42,660 nucleotides of DNA from Nitrospirota bacterium (GCA_016208875.1 JACQXD010000141.1:1-42660); one strand, 5' to 3'. Positions 9,261 to 17,635 are shown, counted from the first letter of the stretch. Translations and numbers: made by a program. The notes: generated by a model from the letters alone, not told the origin.

Positions 9261-9544
9261 CAAAAGATTTCCCCAGAGAAGAGGTTTACGGATTAACGTC
9301 TCAGATAAGGCGTTCCGCGGTATCCATTGCCAGTAATATAGCAGAGGGGGCCGCAAGAAATTCCAGAAAAGAATTTATTCAGTTTCTATATATTTCGTTA
9401 GGCTCTATTGCTGAATTAGAAACTCAAATCTTATTAGCAAAAAGATTAAATTATCTAAAGGCTGAAACCATTCTTTTTGAGATTGATAAGATTCGTCAGA
9501 TGACATTAGGTCTAATAAATTATTTGAAAAAGCGAGATACATGA
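9257..9544 (+). CDS. Four-helix-bundle protein (23S rRNA intervening-sequence protein family), N-terminally truncated
   Basis: FPREEVYGLTSQIRRSAVSIASNIAEGAAR...FLYISLGSIAELETQ is the family core. The ~30-aa first helix is missing. The ATG overlaps the acsC stop (ATGA). Confidence 0.75.
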   Translation: MTKDFPREEVYGLTSQIRRSAVSIASNIAEGAARNSRKEFIQFLYISLGSIAELETQILLAKRLNYLKAETILFEIDKIRQMTLGLINYLKKRDT

Positions 9545-9610
9545 TGCGGTGATGCATTATGCGAAACTTAAATTTTTTACGTGTTACGCATCACGCGTTA
9601 CGTATCACGT
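9542..9610 (+). repeat. Heptad-array hairpin A3 (degenerate left arm)
   Basis: Left arm TGATGCG g TGATGCA TTATGCG (9542-9563), starting at the stop codon. Right arm TTTACGT GTTACGC ATCACGC GTTACGT ATCACGT (9576-9610), ending 6 nt before GGAGG. Confidence 0.8.
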
Positions 9611-9626
9611 AATTTAGGAGGTAAAG

Positions 9627-11825
9627 ATGTCTAAGTTAATAGCCTCTGCTGCCATAAGGGGCGCTAATTCATTAGTCAAGCAGGCTGAAGATATGCTTGA
9701 AAAGGCCATTGCCGAAAAAGGTAAAGATTTCACCTTTGAATTCCCTGATACCGCATTCTATCTTCCCATGATATATGCAATGACAGCCTTCCCCGTAAAA
9801 ACGCTTGCCGATATGAAGGTAGCACTCGGTATGGCAAAAGAGTTACTGCATGAAGAACCGGAAGAGTATTTATGGAAGCCATATCTCGGAGAGGCGTTAG
9901 ACTCCGGCATGGCAACGCTCTTTGCAGAAGAGATACTACTTGCCATCAGGTATATCGCCGGACTTGAGCCTGCAAAAGACCCTGAGACAGGGTATGTGTA
10001 TAACGGATTCATTACGGATACTATTCAGAGGAACTTAGGTATCCAGCTTGTTGACGGAACAATGCCGGGGTTTGCAGCGGTTATCGGTGCTGCGCCGGAT
10101 GATGATACGGCAGTAAAGATAATCAGAGAGCTTCAGGAAAAGAATATTTTGACATTCCTCTCAGGTAATGTAAACGGTAACAGCGCAACAAAACAACTTT
10201 TAAGAAAAGGTGTTGAACTCGGATGGGATACAAGGATTGTCCCACTCGGGCCGGACACGGAACATACACTTTATGCTCTCGACTGGGCAGTAAGGGCATC
10301 TCTTATATTCGGAGGCAAAAAGCCAGGAGATTACAAAGAACATCTTAAATACCAGAAAGATAGGGTCTTTGCCTTTGCCCTTGTACTCGGTGAACTCGAC
10401 GATATCATATGGACAACCGGAGCTGGAGCCATAAATATGGGATTCCCGGCTATTGCAGATACAGACATACCGGTTATTCATCCGACGGGCGTATGTATTT
10501 ATGAAGAAGTTGACAAAGAATTAGACCATGACAAAATTGTTCAGAAATCCATAGAAGTAAGAGGGTTAAAAATTACTATAGAAAAACCTCCAATACCTGT
10601 AGCTTACGGGCCTGCGTTCGAGGGCGAAAGGATCAGGAAAGAGGACATGTTCATCGAATTCGGGGGGCAGAGAACACCTGCATTCGAATGGGTCAGGATG
10701 AAGGAACTTGATGAGATAGAGGATAACAAGGTGATCGTTGTTGGAACGGACTGGCAGTCAAGATATGAAAAAGGCGGGCAGATGCCCCTCGGTATTGTTA
10801 TTGATGTAGCCGGAAGAAAGATGCAAAAAGACTTTGAGTCCATCATCGAAAGAAAAGTACACCACAATATAAATGAGGCACAGGGACTATGGCATATGGG
10901 ACAGCGCGACCTTAACTGGTTGAGGATAAGTCATAATGCAAAGAAAGACGGAATTACGTTGGAACATTTTGGGGTTATTATGAACACAATGACCCATCAT
11001 AGGTTTAAGTCCATTGTAGACAAGGTTCAGGTGACTATCTATACGGATGAAAAGGATGTGCTTGCCGTACAAGAAGATGCGAGAAAGGCGTATAAGGAAC
11101 GCGACCATCGTCTCGGAGGGCTCGTAGACGAGGCAGTTGATACGTTTTATTCATGTCTGCTCTGTCAGTCATTTGCACCGAGCCATGTATGTGTAATAAG
11201 CCCTGAAAGACTCGGGCTTTGCGGAGCATATAACTGGCTCGATTGTAAGGCAGCCTTTGAGATAGACCCCACAGGCGGGAACCAGCCCATACCAAAAGGC
11301 GATCTTTTAGATGACAGATACGGCAGATACGTCGGTATAGACGATTACCTGAAAAAGGCCTCGGGTGGTGCTGTAGAGACGCTTAACCTCTATACAATAA
11401 TGGAAAACCCTATGACCTCCTGCGGTTGTTTTGAGTGCATTATAGCTATCGTGCCGGAGGCAAACGGCGTTATGATCGTTCAAAGAGGACACACAGGTAT
11501 GACTCCGGCAGGGATGAAATTTTCCACACTGGCAGGAAGCGTAGGCGGCGGAACACAAAATCCGGGCTTTATGGGTATCGGTAGAAATTTTATTGTAAGC
11601 AAAAAATTTCTTCATGGAGACGGCGGTATAAAAAGGATCGTATGGATGACGAAAAATCTTAAAGAGAGCTTAAAAGAAGAGTTCAACAAGAGGGCTGCCG
11701 ATGAAGGGGTTCCAGACCTTCTCGATAAGATTGCCGACGAATCCGTTGCAGAGGATTCGGAAAAGCTCCTTGAGTTCCTCACGAGCGTAGGACATCCGGC
11801 ACTCGAGATGGAACCAATGTTATAA
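9627..11825 (+). CDS. acsB: CO-methylating acetyl-CoA synthase
   Basis: 732 aa. It has the A-cluster motif TSCGCFECI and CQSFAPSHVCVISPERLGLCG. GGAGG lies 5 nt upstream. Confidence 0.92.
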   Translation: MSKLIASAAIRGANSLVKQAEDMLEKAIAEKGKDFTFEFPDTAFYLPMIYAMTAFPVKTLADMKVALGMAKELLHEEPEEYLWKPYLGEALDSGMATLFAEEILLAIRYIAGLEPAKDPETGYVYNGFITDTIQRNLGIQLVDGTMPGFAAVIGAAPDDDTAVKIIRELQEKNILTFLSGNVNGNSATKQLLRKGVELGWDTRIVPLGPDTEHTLYALDWAVRASLIFGGKKPGDYKEHLKYQKDRVFAFALVLGELDDIIWTTGAGAINMGFPAIADTDIPVIHPTGVCIYEEVDKELDHDKIVQKSIEVRGLKITIEKPPIPVAYGPAFEGERIRKEDMFIEFGGQRTPAFEWVRMKELDEIEDNKVIVVGTDWQSRYEKGGQMPLGIVIDVAGRKMQKDFESIIERKVHHNINEAQGLWHMGQRDLNWLRISHNAKKDGITLEHFGVIMNTMTHHRFKSIVDKVQVTIYTDEKDVLAVQEDARKAYKERDHRLGGLVDEAVDTFYSCLLCQSFAPSHVCVISPERLGLCGAYNWLDCKAAFEIDPTGGNQPIPKGDLLDDRYGRYVGIDDYLKKASGGAVETLNLYTIMENPMTSCGCFECIIAIVPEANGVMIVQRGHTGMTPAGMKFSTLAGSVGGGTQNPGFMGIGRNFIVSKKFLHGDGGIKRIVWMTKNLKESLKEEFNKRAADEGVPDLLDKIADESVAEDSEKLLEFLTSVGHPALEMEPML

Positions 11826-11834
11826 TAAAAAAAA

Positions 11835-11901
11835 GTGTCAGTGACAGTGAATCGTGTCAGTAAATATTTAACTGACACTGACCACAGACACTAATCACTG
11901 A
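11835..11901 (+). repeat. Hairpin A4 (variant repeat unit, acsB-acsA junction)
   Basis: GTGTCAGTGACAGTGAATCGTGTCAG (11835-11860), palindromic loop TAAATATTTA, ACTGACACTGACCACAGACACTAATCACTGA (11871-11901). There are perfect 7-bp pairings at the top (GTGTCAG/CTGACAC) and base (TCAGTGA/TCACTGA). Confidence 0.8.
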
Positions 11902-11914
11902 TATGGAGGATAGG

Positions 11915-13900
11915 ATGGATAAAGTAGTAAAGACCGCAAATAAAGAGGCAGCACAGGTTCTTGAGTGGGCTGAATCGCGCAATCTGGAGACCTGTTTTAC
12001 CAGGGCAGAAAGGCTTAAACCCTGTCCAATAGGCGAAACAGGGGCTTGCTGCAAGGTCTGTCATATGGGACCGTGCCGGCTCGTTGGTAAAAATACAGAG
12101 GAAGAGGCCAGAGGCGTATGCGGTGCAACCCTTCCTGTTGTTGCAGCAAGGAATCTTGTAAGAATGATAGCTGCCGGAACGGCATGTCATGGGGATCATG
12201 GAAGGGATATGGCATTTACCCTTCTTGCAGTAGCGAATGGAGATACCAAAGACTTTCAGATAAAGGATGTAAAAAAGCTCTATAGAGTTGCCGGATACCT
12301 CAATATCGAATTTGAGGGAAGACCTGTTAATGATGTAGCGAAGGATGTAGCAATAAAGTTGCTTGAGGACTTTGGCCGTCAGAGAGGCGTGGTTAACTTT
12401 ATTAAAAGGGCTCCCAAAAAGACTCAGGAGAGATGGGAAAAATGGGGCATCTTACCGAGAGGGATAGATAGGGAGATCGCCGAGTCATTGGACAGAACGA
12501 CAATGGGCATGGATGCAGACCCTGATTCACTCCTGACGCATGGTCTCAGAACCGCCCTTTCAAACGGCTGGGGCGGCAGTATGATTTCCACAGAAATTAC
12601 GGACATACTCTTTGGAACACCGATGCCTATTAAAGCAGAGGCGAGTTTGGGAATATTCAAGGACGAAGAGGTTAATTTAGTTATACACGGTCATGAACCA
12701 TCATTGGCCGAGACAATAGTAGATGTGGTATCCGAGCCTGAACTGGTGGCATACGCCATGACAAAGGGCGCAAAGGGAATAAACCTTGGCGGTATGTGTT
12801 GTACTGCCAACGAGGTTATGATGAGGCACGGTATCCCTACAGCAGGAGGGTTTACAAATCAGGAACTCGGCATCATGACAGGGCTGATTGATGCTATGGT
12901 CGTAGATGTTCAGTGCATCATGCCGGCACTGACTGAAATTTCAAAAAAGTTTCATACAAAGGTTCTGACAACATCAGAAAAAGTAAGACTGCCCGGTGCA
13001 CAGCACGTACAGTTTGACGAACACAGGGCAAAGGAAATTGCAAGAGAGATAGTTAAAATAGCTATAAATAATTTTCCGAATAGAAAGAAAGAAGGAAGCC
13101 ATATAACCGAGAAATTCCCGGTAATAGCAGGCTTCTCTCAGGAATATATAGAGTATATGCAGGGTGGAAAGTGGAGGGCGTCTTTCAGACCGCTGAATGA
13201 TGCTATTATGGCAGGAAGGGTACGCGGTGTTGTAGGTATGGCAGGATGCGACAATCCGAGGTTCCCTGCTACAGGCGTGCATAAATTTCTTGCAACAGAA
13301 TTAATAAAGAATGATGTACTTGTGGTTTCAACCGGCTGCAGTTCAGCGTCATGTGCTACGGCGGGATTTTTAACCCCTGAGATGGCAATCGAAAACGCAG
13401 GTCCCGGGCTGAGAGAGGTGTGTGAAGCTATTGGTATTCCACCGATACTTCATCTCGGTTCGTGTGTTGATAACACAAGGATACTTACCATTGCAACTGC
13501 AATGGCTGCAGAAGGAGGGCTCTCTGATGAAATCGGCGGTATGCCTGCTGTGGGTATAGCTCCCGAATTTATAACCGAGAAGGCGATATCCATCGGGTGT
13601 TATTTTGCAGCTTCCGGTGTACCGGTTATATTCGGAGGAGAATCGCCGGTTGGAGCAAGCAGTGAGGTCACAAGGATAATGACAGAGGTATGGTTCGAGA
13701 GGTTTAAGGGTGCACTGCACTTCGAACCCGATCCGGAAAAAATACTTGAAATGGCCATTGACTATATAGATAAGGCCAGAGAGGCATTAAAGCTTAAGAA
13801 ATACGAGCCGGGCAGATTCGGTACAGAGCGCGTCCTTATGGATATGGCTGCGAGACGCGAGATCGAAAGAGCTGCAAAACCGCATTTGGGAATATACTGA
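11915..13900 (+). CDS. acsA: Anaerobic carbon monoxide dehydrogenase catalytic subunit
   Basis: Start preferred at ATG 11915, because GGAGG 11905-11909 overlaps the tracked ATG 11903. It has CPIGETGACCKVCHMGPC and later Cys motifs typical of CooS/AcsA. Confidence 0.9.
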   Translation: MDKVVKTANKEAAQVLEWAESRNLETCFTRAERLKPCPIGETGACCKVCHMGPCRLVGKNTEEEARGVCGATLPVVAARNLVRMIAAGTACHGDHGRDMAFTLLAVANGDTKDFQIKDVKKLYRVAGYLNIEFEGRPVNDVAKDVAIKLLEDFGRQRGVVNFIKRAPKKTQERWEKWGILPRGIDREIAESLDRTTMGMDADPDSLLTHGLRTALSNGWGGSMISTEITDILFGTPMPIKAEASLGIFKDEEVNLVIHGHEPSLAETIVDVVSEPELVAYAMTKGAKGINLGGMCCTANEVMMRHGIPTAGGFTNQELGIMTGLIDAMVVDVQCIMPALTEISKKFHTKVLTTSEKVRLPGAQHVQFDEHRAKEIAREIVKIAINNFPNRKKEGSHITEKFPVIAGFSQEYIEYMQGGKWRASFRPLNDAIMAGRVRGVVGMAGCDNPRFPATGVHKFLATELIKNDVLVVSTGCSSASCATAGFLTPEMAIENAGPGLREVCEAIGIPPILHLGSCVDNTRILTIATAMAAEGGLSDEIGGMPAVGIAPEFITEKAISIGCYFAASGVPVIFGGESPVGASSEVTRIMTEVWFERFKGALHFEPDPEKILEMAIDYIDKAREALKLKKYEPGRFGTERVLMDMAARREIERAAKPHLGIY

Positions 13901-13964
13901 CGTGACACGTAACGCGTGACACGTGACATAAAACTTGTTACGCATTACGCATCACGTGTTACGT
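13900..13964 (+). repeat. Heptad-array hairpin A5 (acsA-nuoE junction)
   Basis: ACGTGAC ACGTAAC GCGTGAC ACGTGAC (13900-13927), 9-nt loop, GTTACGC ATTACGC ATCACGT GTTACGT (13937-13964). It ends 4 nt before GGAGG. Confidence 0.95.
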
Positions 13965-13977
13965 TTTTGGAGGTTGA

Positions 13978-14466
13978 ATGAAAGTAGAAGAACTTGATAT
14001 AGATGAGAAGATAGGCAATGTCAGGGATGTGCTGGGCGAGACCCAGAAAAAAAGAGGAGTTCTCATACATGCCTTTCAGAGTATACAAAAGGAATATAAT
14101 TACCTTCCGGAAGATGTATTAAAGTCTCTCTCAAAGAAGCTTGAGATACCATTGGCAGAGGTATACAGCACTGCCTCTTTCTATAAACATTTTTATTTCA
14201 AGCTGAGGGGCAAGAACGTTGTATGCGTATGCAGCGGGACTGCGTGTCATGTTAGGGGTTCTGACAAGGTGCTTGAGAAAATCGAGGAGTCATTCGGGAT
14301 AAAAGAAGGTGAGACCACGCCTGATTTATCTTTGACTCTCGAAACCGTCGGTTGTGTCGGCTGTTGTGGATTAGCCCCGGTCGTTACAGTCAATGAAGAG
14401 GTTGTCGGAGACCTAAATCCGAAAAAGGTAACCGGGATAATAAAGAGAGTGCAAAATGCAAAATGA
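13978..14466 (+). CDS. NuoE/HoxE-like thioredoxin-fold [2Fe-2S] protein
   Basis: CSGTACHVRG...CVGCCGLAPVV is the NuoE-type cluster motif. Confidence 0.85.
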   Translation: MKVEELDIDEKIGNVRDVLGETQKKRGVLIHAFQSIQKEYNYLPEDVLKSLSKKLEIPLAEVYSTASFYKHFYFKLRGKNVVCVCSGTACHVRGSDKVLEKIEESFGIKEGETTPDLSLTLETVGCVGCCGLAPVVTVNEEVVGDLNPKKVTGIIKRVQNAK

Positions 14467-14494
14467 GTAAACTTGTGAAAAAAACATTTTTCTT

Positions 14495-14602
14495 AAAATC
14501 CCCCTTCATCCCCCTTTTCCAAAGGGGGAAAGATATTTCCCTTTATCAAGAAGGATCAGGGTTTATTCCCCTCTTTGGCAAAGAGGGGTTAGGGGAGATT
14601 TT
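14495..14602. repeat. Family B composite palindrome, copy B1
   Basis: AAAATCCCCC...CCCCCTTTTCCAAAGGGGG...CCCCTCTTTGGCAAAGAGGGGTTAGGGGAGATTTT. Confidence 0.85.
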
Positions 14603-14637
14603 AAAATGAAAGGATTTTTGAGAAAAATTTTTCTTGT

Positions 14638-14723
14638 GTCATTCCCGCTTGTCGGGAATCCTTCTGGAAGAACGCAACTTGAACGAGAAAAAACAAGAAG
14701 GATTCCGAACAAGTCGGAATGAC
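14638..14723. repeat. Family C double-hairpin element, copy C1
   Basis: GTCATTCCCGCTTGTCGGGAATCCTTCT...AGAAGGATTCCGAACAAGTCGGAATGAC. Confidence 0.85.
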
Positions 14724-14742
14724 AAAGTATAATGGAGTTACA

Positions 14743-16623
14743 ATGGAAAAATTAAAGACTATAGATGAGTTAAATATATTGAGAGAACGTCTCAAAGAGG
14801 AAACGTTTAAACCCGATACACCGAGGATAAGGGTATGCAGCGGTACGGCATGCACAGCTTCGGGCACACCAAAATTAGTAACTGCTATCGAAGAAGAAAC
14901 GGGTAAAAAAGGATTAAAAGTTGAAGTAGTTAAAACAGGCTGTCAGGGATTTTGTCAGAAAGGCCCGGTGCTGAAGGTAGAACCTCAGGATATTTTTTAC
15001 CAGAAGGTGAAACCGGAACACGTAAGGTGGCTTATAAACTATACGGTAATCGGCGGGATGCCTTATCGCCAGGGTCTTTATAGAGACAGCTTTCTTACCG
15101 ACCCTGTACCTGATGTGGCAGACATCCCATTCTATAAGAAACAGGTAAGGATTGCCTTAAGAAATAACGGTCTGATAGACCCGCTTAACATTAATCAATA
15201 TATTGCTGTCGGAGGCTATTCGGCCTTGGCAAAGGCATTGAGTTCAATGACACCCGAACAGGTTTTGGATGAGGTTGATAAGGCAAACCTGAGAGGTCGC
15301 GGAGGTGCCGGATTCCCGGCAGGCAAGAAATGGAGACATACCAAAAAGGCTCAGGGAAAGATTAAATTTGTAATAGCCAACGGTGACGAGGGCGATCCCG
15401 GCGCATTCATGGACAGATCCGTTATGGAAGGAGACCCGCATAGTCTTATAGAAGGTATGCTTCTCTGTGCCTATGCGATAGGCGCAGAATACGGAATGAT
15501 CTATGTGAGGCATGAATATCCCCTCGCAGTCAAAAATCTCGGTATAGCGATAAAACAGGCTGAGAAATTCGGAATGCTCGGTAAAAATATCCTCGGCAGC
15601 GGATTTAATTTTACGCTCGATATACGTGAGGGTGCAGGTGCCTTTGTATGCGGAGAATCAACTGCATTGATAGCCTCCATAGAAGGCGAAAGGGGGTTCC
15701 CGAGGCCAAGACCGCCGAGACTTTCGGAGCCGGGTGGAGGTGCATGGGGTTATCCGAGCAACTTAAATAATATCGAGAGTTATGCATGTGTTCCGCCCAT
15801 AATAGAAAAGGGTGCGGATTGGTTTAGAAGTATCGGTACTGAAAACTCACCGGGCACAAAGGTTTTCGCTTTAACAGGAAAGGTTGTGAATACCGGTCTC
15901 GTCGAAGTTCCTATGGGGATAACATTAAGAGAGATAATCTACGACATCGGCGGCGGGATCATGGGTGGTAAAAAATTCAAGGCCATACAGACCGGAGGTC
16001 CGTCAGGCGGGTGTATCCCTGAAGGCCTTATAGATACCCCGGTAGATTTCGATACGCTGACAAAGGTCGGTTCTATGATGGGCTCAGGCGGTATGGTTGT
16101 TATGGATGAGGATAACTGCATGGTTGATGTCGCAAAATACTTCCTCTCATTCTGCCAGTCGGAATCTTGCGGGAAGTGTCCTCCTTGCAGGATAGGCACG
16201 TACCAGATGCTCCAGATACTCGAAAGGATAACATCCGGTAAAGGCGAGGAAGGGGATATCGAAAGACTTGAAAAGATCGGTAAAGACATAAAGCAGACCG
16301 CGTTATGCGGATTAGGACAGGCTGCACCAAACCCGGTGCTTACTACAATAAGATATTTCAGGGAAGAATATGAAGAACATATCCATGATAAGTACTGCAG
16401 GGCAAAGGTATGCAGCGGGCTCGGGATGTTCAGGATCGAAAACGATGAATGTATACTCTGCGGCCTCTGCAAACAGGCATGTGCATTCGATGCAGTGAAA
16501 GAGACGTCGCGGTCATTTTTAATAGATCAGGATTATTGCACGAAATGTAAGGCATGTTATCTTGCATGCCCTGTTGGAGCAGTAAAAGTGGAGAAAAAGC
16601 AACACGTAACGCGTGATGCGTGA
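14743..16623 (+). CDS. NuoF/HydB-like flavoprotein with extra N-terminal [2Fe-2S] and C-terminal 2x[4Fe-4S] domains
   Basis: Start moved to ATG 14743, because the tracked 5' end lies in repeat C1. It has GRGGAGFPAGKKW (FMN/NADH), ESCGKCPPCR (N3 cluster), and CILCGLCKQAC plus CTKCKACYLACP. The last 7 codons (QHVTRDA) are encoded by repeat A6. Confidence 0.88.
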   Translation: MEKLKTIDELNILRERLKEETFKPDTPRIRVCSGTACTASGTPKLVTAIEEETGKKGLKVEVVKTGCQGFCQKGPVLKVEPQDIFYQKVKPEHVRWLINYTVIGGMPYRQGLYRDSFLTDPVPDVADIPFYKKQVRIALRNNGLIDPLNINQYIAVGGYSALAKALSSMTPEQVLDEVDKANLRGRGGAGFPAGKKWRHTKKAQGKIKFVIANGDEGDPGAFMDRSVMEGDPHSLIEGMLLCAYAIGAEYGMIYVRHEYPLAVKNLGIAIKQAEKFGMLGKNILGSGFNFTLDIREGAGAFVCGESTALIASIEGERGFPRPRPPRLSEPGGGAWGYPSNLNNIESYACVPPIIEKGADWFRSIGTENSPGTKVFALTGKVVNTGLVEVPMGITLREIIYDIGGGIMGGKKFKAIQTGGPSGGCIPEGLIDTPVDFDTLTKVGSMMGSGGMVVMDEDNCMVDVAKYFLSFCQSESCGKCPPCRIGTYQMLQILERITSGKGEEGDIERLEKIGKDIKQTALCGLGQAAPNPVLTTIRYFREEYEEHIHDKYCRAKVCSGLGMFRIENDECILCGLCKQACAFDAVKETSRSFLIDQDYCTKCKACYLACPVGAVKVEKKQHVTRDA

Positions 16624-16834
16624 TACGTGACGGGAAGATATTAACGGTATCATAATAGTGACAACATTGATTTATTATAAAATCCCTCCTAACCTCCCTT
16701 TGCCAAAGGGAGGTATTAAGTTCCCCTCTTTGGCTAAGAGGGGCGAGGGGAGATTGACCGCTTAATATAATTTCAATTTTGAGACGGTTAATAAGTTGAG
16801 TTACGCATCACGCATTACGTGTTACGCATTACGT
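16604..16834 (+). repeat. Heptad-array hairpin A6, arms separated by 168 bp
   Basis: Left arm ACGTAAC GCGTGAT GCGTGAT ACGTGAC (16604-16631). Right arm GTTACGC ATCACGC ATTACGT GTTACGC ATTACGT (16800-16834). Element B2 lies between the arms. Confidence 0.85.
16679..16755. repeat. Family B composite palindrome, copy B2
   Basis: AAAATCCCTCCTAACCTCCCTTTGCCAAAGGGAGG...TCCCCTCTTTGGCTAAGAGGGGCGAGGGGAGATT. It is nearly identical to the reverse complement of B3. Confidence 0.9.
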
Positions 16835-16848
16835 GTTTTGGAGGTGAA

Positions 16849-17439
16849 ATGACGGAACAAAAAGAAAAAAAGGTTGAAGAGATAAAGAAAGAGGCAGAGG
16901 CAATGAAAAAATGCCCTGTCAATAAGGCTCTTTATTACATAGAGGAATTCCTTGCGGGACCCATGTGCGGCAAATGTTTTCCCTGCGAGATGGGCTGTTA
17001 TGAGGCAAGGATAAGGCTAAAAAAACTTACCGAAGGACAAGGTTCCGAAGCAGACCTTTTTGCATTGAAAAGAATTGCGAACGAGATGCTCCTTTCATCG
17101 AGATGCAAAAGGGGAAAAGACTCGGCACAGTTCATCCTCGAATGGATGGGAACCGATATTTATAAAGAACATATAGAAGGCATATGCCGGGATAAAGAAT
17201 GCACTGCATTAATCGAATATAGGATTATCCCTGAGAACTGCGCAATCTGCGGTCTTTGTGCCGATGCATGTAAATACAACGCGGTTCTCGGAGAAAAGAA
17301 AAAGACATACAAGAGCGGTTATCAGCCGTTTGAGATAAGACGGAAAAGATGCGTTAAATGCGGAGAATGTATAAAAGTTTGCCCGACCGGGGCGATTGTG
17401 ATAGTTGATGTAAAGGTGAAAGAAACGGTTGGAGTTTAA
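16849..17439 (+). CDS. Fe-S protein: NuoF C-terminal (N3 cluster) like domain fused to a 2x[4Fe-4S] ferredoxin domain
   Basis: Start at ATG 16849 (GGAGG 16840-16844). MCGKCFPCEMG...SSRCKRG resembles the NuoF ESCGKCxPCR...C motif. CAICGLCADAC and CVKCGECIKVCP are ferredoxin motifs. Confidence 0.75.
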   Translation: MTEQKEKKVEEIKKEAEAMKKCPVNKALYYIEEFLAGPMCGKCFPCEMGCYEARIRLKKLTEGQGSEADLFALKRIANEMLLSSRCKRGKDSAQFILEWMGTDIYKEHIEGICRDKECTALIEYRIIPENCAICGLCADACKYNAVLGEKKKTYKSGYQPFEIRRKRCVKCGECIKVCPTGAIVIVDVKVKETVGV

Positions 17440-17454
17440 ATAGTTTCCTGTTCT

Positions 17455-17548
17455 GTCATTCCCACGAAAGTGGGAATCCAGACGCAGCCAATGTGAAAAC
17501 AGGGGAACTATACAAAGGAACTGGATTCCGCATCAAGTGCGGAATGAC
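17455..17548. repeat. Family C double-hairpin element, copy C2
   Basis: GTCATTCCCACGAAAGTGGGAATCCAGACG...CTGGATTCCGCATCAAGTGCGGAATGAC. Confidence 0.85.
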
Positions 17549-17635
17549 ATGGAAAAGAACAATTCCGGACAGGCCGGAATAACAACAAGTTATCTCTGTA
17601 GCAAGACAACAGAGAGCAAGTTAAAGGAGGCAATA

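Noticed and set aside
4255-9544. A diversity-generating retroelement, suggested by an Avd-like four-helix-bundle ORF plus a retroelement remnant.
   Set aside because: The RT is deleted and of group II intron type, and the two parts are 4.3 kb apart. I could not see any template/variable repeat pair.
6791-16834. The heptad arrays as a CRISPR array.
   Set aside because: The units are 7 nt and directly abutting, with no spacers. The arrays come as inverted pairs at gene junctions, and no cas genes are present.
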